In this document: piece after piece, positions 49,346 through 59,680 of the stretch
How the letters are laid out: each line of letters starts with the position of its first letter
Numbering within the stretch: position 1 is the stretch's first letter
Assembly (NCBI GenBank): GCA_964587125.1
Contig: CAZPKC010000003.1
Span: forward strand, 64,372 to 128,371
Source: an uncultured Rhodospirillaceae bacterium
GTDB lineage: Bacteria > Pseudomonadota > Alphaproteobacteria > UBA9219
Length of the DNA stretch: 64,000 nucleotides
Direction of reading: 5' to 3'
Made by a program: the position numbers and the translations under genes
Notes under the pieces: generated by a model
What the model was told of the DNA's origin: nothing
What the model saw: only the letters and a program-made list of their open reading frames with translations
Database searches by the model: none

Positions 49346-51064
49346 ATGATCGGCAACTCGTTGGCGCAGTTTACCGTTTTTGCCCTCGTGACGCTGTCAC
49401 TTGCCGTTCCTTGCGCTTTGTATCTGGCGCGTTTGTTTAACGAGGGACGGACGGAATCCGGTATTGTCCTTGCCCCTATCGAGCGCCTGATCGGAAACAT
49501 CATCGGGTCGCAAGCCTCCCAACAGCAAAATTGGAGAGGTTATTTGTTTTCCGTCTTGTTTTTCAACGCGCTTGGCGGCTTGTTTTTGTATGCGATTTTA
49601 CGGCTGCAAGGCCATTTGCCGTGGAATCCGCAGCACTTCGGCGGATTGCAGCCCGACTTGGCTTTCAATGTCGCCGTTTCGTTTATGACCAATACCAACT
49701 GGCAATCCTACGGCGGCGAAACGACGCTAAGCTATTTCAGCCAAATGGCCGGATTGACGGTGCAGAATTATCTTTCTGCGGCAACGGGCCTCGCGATCTC
49801 CTTTGCCGTCGTGCGCGGATTTGTCCGGAAAGAAAATCCGAATCTCGGAAATTTTTACGTCGATGTCGCGCGCGTGACTCTTTACGTGTTGCTGCCCTTG
49901 GCTTTGATTTTTGCCATATTCCTTATCTGGCAGGGCGTGCCTCAGAATCTGATGTCCTCGGTTCAGGCGACGACTTTGGAGGGCGCTCAACAAACCATCG
50001 CGCAAGGGCCCGTCGCCAGCCAGATCGCGATCAAGATGCTCGGGTCGAATGGAGGAGGATTTTTTAACGCCAACGCCACGCATCCCTATGAAAACCCGAC
50101 GCCGCTTAGCGACTTCATGCAAATGGTTTCCATTCTTTTGCTTCCCATTGCGCTTGTTCTCGCTTTCGGACGGATGGTGGGAGACAAACGGCAAAGCTGG
50201 TCTCTTTTCGCCAGCATGACGATTTTGTTCCTGATCATGCTGGCGCTGTGCCTGCATTTTGAGGCAACGGCGCACCCTGCGTTAGCGGCGTTGAACGTCG
50301 ATCAACATATCAGCAGCATTAATCCCGGCGGAAATATGGAAGGGAAGGAAACCCGTTTCGGCATTTTCGATTCCGTCTTATGGACGGTTTCGACGACGGC
50401 GACGTCGAACGGTTCGGTCAATTCGATGATCGACAGTTATATGCCTTTGGGCGGACTGATAGCCCTCTTCAACCTGTTAATCGGCGAGGTGATTTATGGC
50501 GGGGTCGGTTGCGGGCTTTACGGCATTTTGATTTATGTGCTGATTACGGTCTTTATCGCGGGGCTTATGGTCGGGCGCACGCCGGAATATCTCGGGAAAA
50601 AGATCGAAGCGCATGAAATGAAGCTCGCCATTATTGCGATGTTTCTTTATCCGCTTTGCGTGCTTGGTTTCGGCGTCATCAGTTTGCTGACTCCCGCCGG
50701 AGCGAAATCGATCACGGCTTTGGGCCCTCACGGATTGACGCAAACGATCTATGCCTATGCGTCTGCCGCCGCCAATAACGGCTCGGCTTTCGGGGGCTTT
50801 AACGCCGATACCCTGTTTCAAAATATCGGGCTTGGCATCGTTATGCTGATCGGTCGGTTTGGCGTCATTATTCCTGTTTTGGCCATCGCGGGCTCTTTGG
50901 CGGCCAAGAAAACGGTTCCCGCTTCCAGCGGCACTTTCCCCACGCACGGAGGAATGTTCGTCGTTCTTTTGATAGGCGTTATTGTTCTGTTCGGCGGGTT
51001 GACTTATTTTCCCGCGCTGGCGCTCGGCCCCGTGGCTGAACATCTCTCTCTTTTCGCGCATTAG
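49346..51064 (+). CDS. kdpA: K+-transporting ATPase subunit A.
   Basis: It is a 572-aa polytopic protein with four MPM selectivity-filter-like repeats, placed first in the kdp operon. Confidence 0.9.
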   Translation: MIGNSLAQFTVFALVTLSLAVPCALYLARLFNEGRTESGIVLAPIERLIGNIIGSQASQQQNWRGYLFSVLFFNALGGLFLYAILRLQGHLPWNPQHFGGLQPDLAFNVAVSFMTNTNWQSYGGETTLSYFSQMAGLTVQNYLSAATGLAISFAVVRGFVRKENPNLGNFYVDVARVTLYVLLPLALIFAIFLIWQGVPQNLMSSVQATTLEGAQQTIAQGPVASQIAIKMLGSNGGGFFNANATHPYENPTPLSDFMQMVSILLLPIALVLAFGRMVGDKRQSWSLFASMTILFLIMLALCLHFEATAHPALAALNVDQHISSINPGGNMEGKETRFGIFDSVLWTVSTTATSNGSVNSMIDSYMPLGGLIALFNLLIGEVIYGGVGCGLYGILIYVLITVFIAGLMVGRTPEYLGKKIEAHEMKLAIIAMFLYPLCVLGFGVISLLTPAGAKSITALGPHGLTQTIYAYASAAANNGSAFGGFNADTLFQNIGLGIVMLIGRFGVIIPVLAIAGSLAAKKTVPASSGTFPTHGGMFVVLLIGVIVLFGGLTYFPALALGPVAEHLSLFAH

Positions 51065-51073
51065 GCTTGCATC

Positions 51074-53107
51074 ATGTCTAAAAAACCTAAACGCTCATCC
51101 CTCTTCGACCCCTCTCTTTTGCGCACTGCTATCGAAGGGGCTTTCTTCAAGCTTAAGCCGACGGCGCTGGCGCGAAATCCCATCATGTTTACGGTCGGCG
51201 TTGCCAGCCTGTTTTCCACTTTGCTGACCTTGCGCGACGCTATAGCGGGAGAACCTTTCATCGTCAGTTTGCAAATTTCCTTGTGGCTATGGTTTACCGT
51301 TTTATTCGGAAATTTCGCCGAAGCCGTCGCCGAAGGGCGCGGCAAGGCTCAGGCCGATAGTTTGCGGAAAACCAAAACGGAGACTTTGGCCAAAAAAATC
51401 GCCAACGTCGATGCGACGGTCTATAAGACCGTTCATGCTTCTGAATTGCGGCGAGGCGACTTGATCGTGGCGGAGGCAGGCGATGTGATTCCCGGCGACG
51501 GCGACGTCGTCAAAGGCATCGCGACCGTCGATGAATCCTCGATTACGGGGGAATCCGCGCCTGTGATAAGGGAATCAGGCGGCGATCGTTCCGCCGTGAC
51601 GGGCGGCACGCGCATCATTTCCGACCGCATCGTCGTGGAAATCGGCGCCAACCCGGGCGAATCCTTTCTGGACCGCATGATCGGCCTCGTCGAAGGAGCC
51701 AAGCGACAGAAGACGCCCAATGAAATCGCATTGACCATTCTTTTGATAGGGCTGACGCTGATTTTCCTGATCGTCTGCGTGACGCTTCAAGGCTTCGCCG
51801 CGTATAGCGGAACGCTCATTCCCGCCATTTATCTGATCGCATTGCTGATTACGCTGATCCCGACGACGATCGGCGGTCTTTTGTCGGCGATCGGGATTGC
51901 GGGAATGGACCGCTTGGTCATGTTCAACGTCATCGCAAAATCGGGCCGCGCCGTCGAAGCCGCCGGGGATATCGATACCCTGCTGCTCGATAAAACGGGC
52001 ACGATTACAATGGGCAATCGCATGGCCAGCGATTTTATTCCAACGTCCGGCGCAAGTAAAATCGAACTGGCCGAAGCTGCCTTTCTTTCGTCGTTGGCGG
52101 ACGATACGCCGGAAGGAAAATCCATCGTTCGTCTGGCCGAAGATAAATATGGCATGAATGCGGAGAAACAGCTCCCGAACATGCGCTTTGTTCCGTTCAG
52201 CGCTCATACGCGCATGAGCGGCATCGATACCGACTCTGTTTCCATACGAAAAGGAGCGCCGGATTCCATTCTGGCGCTTTGCGAAAAAAGCAGAAGTTCC
52301 GAAATCATAGACGCCGTCGAACGCGTCGCCAAAACGGGCGGGACGCCCCTGCTCGTCGCCAAGGATAAAAGAATTCTCGGCGTCATACATCTGAAAGACA
52401 TCATTAAGCCCGGCATCCATGAACGCTTTATGACCTTGCGCCGCATGGGAATCCGCACGGTTATGATTACGGGCGACAATCCGATTACGTCCGCGGCGAT
52501 CGCGGCGGAAGCGGGCGTCGATGATTTTCTGGCGGAAGCTTCTCCCGAAAAAAAACTCGAACTTATTAGAAACGAGCAAGCATCGGGGAAGCTTGTCGCC
52601 ATGTGCGGCGACGGGTCGAACGATGCCCCCGCCCTTGCGCAAGCCGATGTCGGCGTGGCGATGAATACCGGCACGATGGCCGCGCGCGAAGCGGGCAATA
52701 TGATCGATCTGGACAGCGACCCGACGAAATTGATCGAGATCGTGATGATCGGCAAGCAACTTTTGATGAGCCGCGGCGCTTTGACGACGTTTTCGATCGC
52801 CAACGATGTCGCCAAATATTTCGCGATTATTCCGGCTTTGTTCATCAGCATTTTTCCCGGCATGAGATGTCTGAACATCATGCGGCTTGGAAGCCCGGAA
52901 AGCGCGATTTTGTCGGCGATTATTTTCAACGCGTTGATTTTAATCGCGCTTGTGCCTTTGGCTTTGCGCGGCGTGAAATTTTCTCCGGCTCCCGCCAGCG
53001 TCGTTTTGCGGCGGAATTTACTGATTTACGGCGCAGGAGGAATTGTCGTACCGTTTGCGGGGATTAAGGCTATTGACGTCATCGTCAGCGCGTTCATGGG
53101 TGTCTAA
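51074..53107 (+). CDS. kdpB: K+-transporting P-type ATPase subunit B.
   Basis: P-type ATPase motifs DKTGTIT and [10 protein letters not shown] are present. Confidence 0.95.
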   Translation: MSKKPKRSSLFDPSLLRTAIEGAFFKLKPTALARNPIMFTVGVASLFSTLLTLRDAIAGEPFIVSLQISLWLWFTVLFGNFAEAVAEGRGKAQADSLRKTKTETLAKKIANVDATVYKTVHASELRRGDLIVAEAGDVIPGDGDVVKGIATVDESSITGESAPVIRESGGDRSAVTGGTRIISDRIVVEIGANPGESFLDRMIGLVEGAKRQKTPNEIALTILLIGLTLIFLIVCVTLQGFAAYSGTLIPAIYLIALLITLIPTTIGGLLSAIGIAGMDRLVMFNVIAKSGRAVEAAGDIDTLLLDKTGTITMGNRMASDFIPTSGASKIELAEAAFLSSLADDTPEGKSIVRLAEDKYGMNAEKQLPNMRFVPFSAHTRMSGIDTDSVSIRKGAPDSILALCEKSRSSEIIDAVERVAKTGGTPLLVAKDKRILGVIHLKDIIKPGIHERFMTLRRMGIRTVMITGDNPITSAAIAAEAGVDDFLAEASPEKKLELIRNEQASGKLVAMCGDGSNDAPALAQADVGVAMNTGTMAAREAGNMIDLDSDPTKLIEIVMIGKQLLMSRGALTTFSIANDVAKYFAIIPALFISIFPGMRCLNIMRLGSPESAILSAIIFNALILIALVPLALRGVKFSPAPASVVLRRNLLIYGAGGIVVPFAGIKAIDVIVSAFMGV

Positions 53108-53108
53108 C

Positions 53109-53702
53109 ATGTTTCGGGAACTTCGTTCCAGCCTCGGCCTTCTTATTTTCTTCGCGCTTTTATGCGGCGTTGGATACCCGTTATTCATGACCGGCATGGG
53201 GCAAATTTTATTTCCCCATCAGGCCAACGGGAGCCTTGTCAAATCAAGCGACGCCATCATCGGTTCGGAATTGATCGGGCAGAATTTCACGTCGGATAAA
53301 TACTTCCATCCGCGGCCTTCCGCCGCAGGCAACGGTTATGACGCGGGAAATTCATCGGGAAGCAATCTGGCTCCCTCCTCGGCGGATTTGATTCAGACGA
53401 TCACCTCGCGCGTTGCGGATTTGCGGAAAGCGGGCGATACCCGTCCTATTCCCGTCGATCTCGTGACGGCATCGGGTAGCGGGCTCGATCCCGATATTTC
53501 CGTCGCATCGGCGGAGTTTCAGGCCGCGCGCGTCGCCGAGGCGAGGCGTTTGCCTTTGCCGCAGGTTGAAAAGCTGATATCTTCATTCACGACCTCTCGC
53601 GCTTTCGGCATCTTCGGCGAAAGCCGAGTCAATGTGCTCGCGATCAATCAAGCGCTTGATAAATTGGGTTCTGTCCCCGATACGCCTCACGCATCCCCAT
53701 GA
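53109..53702 (+). CDS. kdpC: K+-transporting ATPase subunit C.
   Basis: It has a single N-terminal TM helix and the conserved SGSGLDPDIS motif. Its ATG lies directly after the kdpB stop. Confidence 0.85.
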   Translation: MFRELRSSLGLLIFFALLCGVGYPLFMTGMGQILFPHQANGSLVKSSDAIIGSELIGQNFTSDKYFHPRPSAAGNGYDAGNSSGSNLAPSSADLIQTITSRVADLRKAGDTRPIPVDLVTASGSGLDPDISVASAEFQAARVAEARRLPLPQVEKLISSFTTSRAFGIFGESRVNVLAINQALDKLGSVPDTPHASP

Positions 53703-56392
53703 CCGACGAAGAAAAACGCCCCTCTCCCGAAGCGTTGCTCAAAGAAGCCAAGAGCGAACGCATCGGTAAGCTGAAAATTTTTTTGGGAGCTGCTCCGGGC
53801 GTTGGCAAGACCTATGCGATGCTTAACGCGGCAAAGTCTCGCCTGAGCGAAGGCATCGACATCGTTATCGGCGTTGTCGAAACGCATCAGCGCAGCGAAA
53901 CGCAGGCTTTGGCCGAAGGATTTAAAACCGTGCCGCGGCAGAAACTCGATTACCGCGGTTTGACTTTCGAGGAGATGGACCTCGACGCTATTCTTAAACT
54001 CAAGCCGAAGCTCGTATTAATCGATGAATTGGCCCACACCAACATTCCGGGCGCAAGGCATCCCAAACGCTATCAGGACGTGCAGGAAATTCTTGAGGCC
54101 GGAATCGACGTCTATTCGACATTGAACGTCCAACACATCGAAAGCCTGAACGACATCGTGACCCGCATCACCGGCGTGAAAGTGCGCGAAACGATTCCCG
54201 ATAGCATTGTGCAGCTGGCCAACGCCATAGAATTGATCGACCTGCCCCCCGACGAGCTGTTGCAGCGGTTAAAAGAGGGCAAGGTTTATATTCCCGAACA
54301 GGCGCGTCTGGCCGTTCATCGCTTTTTTACGCCGGGGAATCTGACCGCCCTGCGCGAACTGGCTTTGCGGCAGGCTGCCGAACGCGTCGACGACCAGATG
54401 ACGAATTTGATGCGCCGCCACGCTATTTCAGGGCCGTGGCCGACCAGCAACCGCGTGATGGTTTGCATTTCGGACGACAGTCAGGCCGCCCTTCTGGTGC
54501 GCGCGGCGCGACGCAGCGCCGAAAGGCGGCAAGCGTCATGGCTTGTTCTTTATATCGAAACAAGCCTTCACAGCCGGTTATCGGAAAAGGCGCGCAACGA
54601 TATTTCCCAGGCCATGGCGCTCGGGGAAAGCATGGGCGCTGAGACGATGACCGTGACGAGCGAAGACGTCGCCGCCGAAATTTTGCGCATCGCCCGCGAA
54701 CGCAACGTCAACACGATCGTTATCGGAAAATCCCGACGTTCGATTTGGTCGCGTCTTACGCGGCCTTCGGTTTCGGCCGCAGTCATTAAAAACGGCCAAG
54801 GATTCGATATTCTTCTCGTCAACGATATGGAAGCCTTGGCGCGAAGCGGCGACTTACAGAAATTTTCCAGCGCCTCCGAAGCTCGGCTTTGGAAATTCAG
54901 TTGGCCCGCCATCGGAAAAACGACGTTTGTTGTCGGGCTTGCCTGCCTCGTGGCGTCGCTGATGAGCTCTTTCATCGCACCGGCGTTGCTGCCTTTCTTT
55001 TTTATTGTCGCCGTTCTTTTGGTCGCTTTGGATGTCGATCTTATCGCGTCTCTTCTCGCGACTTTCCTGTCGGGCGTTGCTTTGGACTTTTTGATGACGG
55101 CGCCGGGATATTCCCTTGTTCCCCAGCGCGAAGAAGACGTTCTTTCGCTGTTTTTCTTTCTTGCAATCGGCGTGGCGACGAGCTTCCTCGCCGACCGCAT
55201 ACACCTTCAGATCAATATCACGCGCCGCCATGCGGAACGCACGCAATCCCTGTACGATTTCACGAAAAGCATCGCGGCGGCCGCGACGATTGACGATGTC
55301 GCTCAGGCGACCGTACGGCGCGTCGCGATAACCTTGGGCGCCGATGTCGCCGTTTTGTTGCCTCACAACGAAAAGTTGGACATCGTGGCGGCCGTTCCAG
55401 CCGACCTTAAGCTCGATACGGCTTCGAGCGCGGCGATGGATTGGGTTTTGCGGCATCGCAAACCGGCGGGATTCCGCTCGGACACGTTGCCGGGAACCCC
55501 TTTTTACGGATTGCCCTTGCAATCCGGAGCTTCCATGCTTGGAGTCATCGCCGTAAGGGTTAAAGACGGGAGCGCGTTGACCTCCGTTCAAAACAATTTT
55601 CTTTTGAGCCTTACCTATCAGGCGGCATCGGCTATTGAACGCGCCAAATTGGTGACGGACGTCGCGCAGGCGCGGCTGCAGACGGAAATGGAAAAACTCC
55701 GCACGAGCCTTCTTTCCTCGGTCAGCCGCGATTTGCGTTCGCCTTTGGACAGCATCATTCTCACCTCTAGAAATTTAAGCAACGATTGGGACGAAATCCC
55801 TTCCGATAAGCGCTTTTCCCTCGTCTCCCATATTGAGGAGGAATCGGATCGTCTCGACCGCTTTATCGAGAATTTTCTGGATATGACCGAACTTGTAACC
55901 GGAAACATGCGTTACAACCGAACTCTTATGGATGTGCATGACGTTATCGAGATGGCAATGGCGCGCCTTATTCGTCGCCTTAAAGAACGCGAGATCGTTT
56001 TCGATTGCCCGGAAGATCTGCCTCTTATCGAGGCCGATGCGAACACTTTGCGCCGCGTTTTCGTTAATGTGATTGAAAACGCCTGTTTATATTCCCTGCC
56101 CGATCAGCCGATCAAGATTGTCGCGCGGCATGAAGGGGATTCTATTAAAGTTGTCATCAGCGATCGAGGAGTCGGCATTCCGGAAAGCGAACGCATGCGC
56201 GTGTTCGACATGTTTTACAGGATTAAGAAGGACAGCGCGGCGATAGGGCCTATCGCGGGCGCAGGTCTTGGTCTTTCGATTTGCCGCGGCTTTGTCGAGG
56301 CGCACCAAGGCCACATCAGCGCGCAATCTGGCGAGAATGGCGAGGGAACCAGCATTATTATCACCCTGCCGATCCGATCCGTGACGGCGTAA
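53699..56392 (+). CDS. kdpD: Osmosensitive K+ channel sensor histidine kinase KdpD.
   Basis: The KdpD N-terminal domain (GAAPGVGKTYAML), a Usp domain, four TM helices, a GAF-like domain, the H-box and HATPase are all present. ATGA overlap with kdpC. Confidence 0.9.
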   Translation: MTDEEKRPSPEALLKEAKSERIGKLKIFLGAAPGVGKTYAMLNAAKSRLSEGIDIVIGVVETHQRSETQALAEGFKTVPRQKLDYRGLTFEEMDLDAILKLKPKLVLIDELAHTNIPGARHPKRYQDVQEILEAGIDVYSTLNVQHIESLNDIVTRITGVKVRETIPDSIVQLANAIELIDLPPDELLQRLKEGKVYIPEQARLAVHRFFTPGNLTALRELALRQAAERVDDQMTNLMRRHAISGPWPTSNRVMVCISDDSQAALLVRAARRSAERRQASWLVLYIETSLHSRLSEKARNDISQAMALGESMGAETMTVTSEDVAAEILRIARERNVNTIVIGKSRRSIWSRLTRPSVSAAVIKNGQGFDILLVNDMEALARSGDLQKFSSASEARLWKFSWPAIGKTTFVVGLACLVASLMSSFIAPALLPFFFIVAVLLVALDVDLIASLLATFLSGVALDFLMTAPGYSLVPQREEDVLSLFFFLAIGVATSFLADRIHLQINITRRHAERTQSLYDFTKSIAAAATIDDVAQATVRRVAITLGADVAVLLPHNEKLDIVAAVPADLKLDTASSAAMDWVLRHRKPAGFRSDTLPGTPFYGLPLQSGASMLGVIAVRVKDGSALTSVQNNFLLSLTYQAASAIERAKLVTDVAQARLQTEMEKLRTSLLSSVSRDLRSPLDSIILTSRNLSNDWDEIPSDKRFSLVSHIEEESDRLDRFIENFLDMTELVTGNMRYNRTLMDVHDVIEMAMARLIRRLKEREIVFDCPEDLPLIEADANTLRRVFVNVIENACLYSLPDQPIKIVARHEGDSIKVVISDRGVGIPESERMRVFDMFYRIKKDSAAIGPIAGAGLGLSICRGFVEAHQGHISAQSGENGEGTSIIITLPIRSVTA

Positions 56393-56508
56393 GGCAGATT
56401 GGTGCTGCATTTTCCGGATACTTCTATTCTTACTTCACTTTCCGGATAAAATGCGGATAAAGTCGGTCTTTAGCCTAAACTTCAACCCCTGACCCGTCTT
56501 CCTTATTT

Positions 56509-57285
56509 ATGCACAGCCAACATCACCACGTTATCGCGAACATTCTGCACCTGCTGGCCGGTGGCGGATTGGGTTTGGTTTCGGCCAGTCTCGCCTTGTC
56601 TTTCGGTTCGCGTTCCGCCGACCGGATGCCCGGCGAAAGCCGCAAGCCGCAATGCATCTATTGCGCGCGGCCATCCACCTGGCAGGAAGCTTCTCCCCTC
56701 GTCGGTTGGCTTTTGAGGCCGGATACGCTGTCTTTCCCTTGCCCGTGCGGCCTTCGAACCGGCATGTGGCAACAACCGGCTTGCGAGATTGCCGGATTTA
56801 TTCTCGGCCTTATTGCCATGTATTTTCAGGATTGGTCTTGGGCCGCCTTGCCTTTATGCATCGGCGTCGGACTTTTGCCCGCGATTGCGCTCGTCGATTT
56901 CTATTATGGCATCATTCCCGACGGGCTTAACCTTCTTCTGGGCATATGCGGCTTTTTATTCGTGTTGGCGCGCGGCGAAGATGTTTTTTTAGGAATGATC
57001 GTCGCGTCCGTTTTACTTTGCCTCGGTTTATTTTTCGCGCTTGTGTACAGCAGGTTGCGCGGAAAAGAAATGCTTGGGCTGGGCGACGTTAAATTTTTTG
57101 CCGCATCCGGGTTCTGGCTGCATCCGCACACGGCGCCGACGTTTTTGGCTTTAAGCGGTTTATTCGGCCTTTTGTTCACGTTGATCTGGCGGCGCGTCAG
57201 CAACGAAAAAGAATTTCCATTTGCCCCCGCCCTTTGCCTGTCCTTGTTCTTATGCGTTATCTATCGTCTCGTGTGGATTCCATGA
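56509..57285 (+). CDS. Prepilin (type IV leader) peptidase, A24 family.
   Basis: An N-terminal Zn-binding CxxC...CxC (CIYCARP...CPCG) is followed by the catalytic Asp motifs IIPD and GLGDVKF in polytopic membrane context. Confidence 0.8.
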   Translation: MHSQHHHVIANILHLLAGGGLGLVSASLALSFGSRSADRMPGESRKPQCIYCARPSTWQEASPLVGWLLRPDTLSFPCPCGLRTGMWQQPACEIAGFILGLIAMYFQDWSWAALPLCIGVGLLPAIALVDFYYGIIPDGLNLLLGICGFLFVLARGEDVFLGMIVASVLLCLGLFFALVYSRLRGKEMLGLGDVKFFAASGFWLHPHTAPTFLALSGLFGLLFTLIWRRVSNEKEFPFAPALCLSLFLCVIYRLVWIP

Positions 57286-58829
57286 ATTTCGCAAAGGCTC
57301 TTTTCACGGTTAGCGGATTGACTGTTATAAGCCGCGTGGGCGGATTTATCCGCGACTCTCTGACGGCCATTTTCTTGGGCGCGGGGCCCGTCGCCGACGC
57401 TTTCTTTGTCGCGCAGCGGCTGCCTAATTTATTCCGGAGCCTTTTTGCCGAGGGCGCTTTTTCGGCGGCTTTTGTGCCCCTTTATACGACCGAACAGGAA
57501 CGCCACGGCGAGGAAGCCGCGCAACACTTCGCCGGGCAGGCGCTGATGCTTCTGCTCGCGGCTTTGATTCCGTTCTCCGTTCTCGTGATGATGTTCATGC
57601 CGCAGGTGATGCTCATCCTTGCGCCCGGATTCGAACGCGATACGGAAAAATACAACCTCGCGGTCAATTTCAGCACGATCACTTTTCCCTATCTCGCGCT
57701 AATTTCCATCACCGCCCTGCAAACGGGCGTTTTAAACGCGCGGGGAAGGTTCGGCCCCGGTGCTGCGGCGCCTATCGCCTTTAACATTGTCTTGATCGTT
57801 GGCTTGTTCGCGGCGAAATTTTTCGGCTGGCATGTAGGCTATACGCTCGCGTGGTCGGTGACGATTTCGGGCGTCGTACAATGCGCGTGGCTTGCGATAA
57901 GTTGTTACCGCGCGCGCGCGTCGATACCTTTGCTTCGCCCGCAGTTGGGCGAGGCAAGCCATAAATTGTTCCGCCGCATAGGGCCCGGGGCTATCGGCGC
58001 TGGCGCGGCGCAGATTAATTTGTTGATTTCGACCATTCTTGCCTCGACGTTGCCGACGGGCGCGGTGTCTTATTTGTTTTATGCGGACAGGTTAAATCAG
58101 CTACCCTTGGGCATCGTCGGGATTGCGGTTGCGACGACGTTGTTGCCCCTGCTCTCAAGGCATATCGAAGCCGGAGCCGAGGATAAAGTCCGGCATTACA
58201 ACAGCCGCGCGATCGAGTTTTGCCTTTTGCTCGGGTTGCCCGCGACGATCGGGCTTATTATCCTCGCGCAGCCGATTATCCAGACGTTGTTCCAACACGG
58301 CAGGTTTACGCACGAAGACACTCTTGCGACTTGTCAGGCTTTGCAGGCTTATGCGTTGGGCATTCCGGGATTTTTGTTGGTCAAGGTTTTCGCGGCGGGA
58401 TTTTTCGCGCGGCACGATACCAAAACGCCCGTCAAAATCGCGGTTATCGGGATGATCGTTAATGTTTTTTGTTCTGTTTTACTTTTGGGATTGTTGCAGC
58501 ATATGGGGATTGCGCTGGCAAATAGCATCGCCGTGAGCGTCAACGCCGCGCTGCTCTACCGCCAGTTACGCCGCAAAAATGCGCCGATAGGCGACGGGAA
58601 ATTGCCCGGAAGGATAAAAAAAATATCCCTGAGCGCGGCGGTTATGGCTTTGGCGACGTATCTTTTGACGGCGTTTGGATGGAATGCGATTGCGTTTTCC
58701 GGCATTGTGCAGGAAATTTTTTGTTTGGGCGCATTGATCGCGGCCTCCGGCGCGGCTTATGCCGCCGCGCTGCACATGACGGGGGCGATGAGATTGGAGG
58801 ATGTGAAAGAGGTTTTGGGAAGAGGATGA
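57282..58829 (+). CDS. murJ: Lipid II flippase MurJ.
   Basis: The MurJ/MviN N-terminus (FTVSGLTVISRVGGFIRDSLTAIFLGAG...DAFFVAQRLPNLFR) and about 14 TM helices are present. ATGA overlap with the prepilin peptidase stop. Confidence 0.9.
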   Translation: MNFAKALFTVSGLTVISRVGGFIRDSLTAIFLGAGPVADAFFVAQRLPNLFRSLFAEGAFSAAFVPLYTTEQERHGEEAAQHFAGQALMLLLAALIPFSVLVMMFMPQVMLILAPGFERDTEKYNLAVNFSTITFPYLALISITALQTGVLNARGRFGPGAAAPIAFNIVLIVGLFAAKFFGWHVGYTLAWSVTISGVVQCAWLAISCYRARASIPLLRPQLGEASHKLFRRIGPGAIGAGAAQINLLISTILASTLPTGAVSYLFYADRLNQLPLGIVGIAVATTLLPLLSRHIEAGAEDKVRHYNSRAIEFCLLLGLPATIGLIILAQPIIQTLFQHGRFTHEDTLATCQALQAYALGIPGFLLVKVFAAGFFARHDTKTPVKIAVIGMIVNVFCSVLLLGLLQHMGIALANSIAVSVNAALLYRQLRRKNAPIGDGKLPGRIKKISLSAAVMALATYLLTAFGWNAIAFSGIVQEIFCLGALIAASGAAYAAALHMTGAMRLEDVKEVLGRG

Positions 58830-58850
58830 GCCCCTTCTTATTCGGCAAAG

Positions 58851-59489
58851 CTATTGTGGGTCCCGCATGTGCGCTAGGGCTCCTTGAAAACAGGGAGATT
58901 TATTCTCGGCTTTCATGCGATTAAATTGCCTATCAAACAATCTTTCATGTTCGGAGAATTTCGCCAGTATGACATTTAATTTAGCCTGATCGTTCATTAC
59001 CTTCATAACAGCCAAGGAGAACAAAATAACAAGCGCACCGCCTCCGATGATGATGGGAGATTTCTCCTTCACCCCGATCGCCACAAGAAGCCCCCCAAAG
59101 ACAATCGCCGAAAGTTGGCTGAAGAAAAGCGGCGTTTGCATTATGCCTTTTTCCATCTGCAGGCGGTTATATTCGGAATCCAGCACGCCTTTTAGTTCGT
59201 CGTTCAACCTCTGGATTCTTTCTTGTTGGCACTTAAGAAGAAATTTATCCGTTTTTGATAATGGCCCTTCTTCCAGAAGTTTTATACATACGCTCACGTG
59301 CGCATTCATGCACGCCAAGCCCGCTTCCGATCTAAATTCCAGAATCTTCCCGACACCAACTTTTCTTTTAAGGCCTTCCGCAATCTTTTTGGACAAAAGA
59401 GCCAAGGCTTTTTCCTGCACGATCAGATTAAAATAAATGTCGTCAGGTGAATTTGCAGCCGATTCATCGGCGGTTTTTGAAGGCATCAT
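58851..59489 (-). CDS. Hypothetical membrane protein (212 aa): an N-terminal coiled-coil region followed by two TM helices, in an AT-richer single-gene patch.
   Basis: The hydrophobic segments are FFSQLSAIVFGGLLVAIGV and IIIGGGALVILFSLAVMKVM. I recognise no domain. Confidence 0.5.
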   Translation of the reverse strand: MMPSKTADESAANSPDDIYFNLIVQEKALALLSKKIAEGLKRKVGVGKILEFRSEAGLACMNAHVSVCIKLLEEGPLSKTDKFLLKCQQERIQRLNDELKGVLDSEYNRLQMEKGIMQTPLFFSQLSAIVFGGLLVAIGVKEKSPIIIGGGALVILFSLAVMKVMNDQAKLNVILAKFSEHERLFDRQFNRMKAENKSPCFQGALAHMRDPQ

Positions 59490-59680
59490 TTGCCATTGTC
59501 CCTAAAATAATTCAGAAATTATAGCCGCAGATTACCCTTTGATCCCCCAAAAGCCAAGCATTGTTTTTGTTTTCTTTTATAATTCAATAAGTTGTTGTTT
59601 GTCTTTTCGGTGCGTTTATCCTATTTTGTCCTGATGCCGCTTTCGCGGAGACGACGCTCGTTTAATCAGGGAATTTTAAT

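Noticed and set aside
53043-53108. An upstream extension of kdpC overlapping the end of kdpB.
   Set aside because: The ATG at 53109 directly follows the kdpB stop and yields the canonical KdpC N-terminal TM helix.
56509-57285. That this ORF might be the missing kdpE.
   Set aside because: It is a polytopic membrane protein with prepilin peptidase motifs (CxxC, IIPD, GLGDVKF), not a receiver plus winged-helix response regulator.
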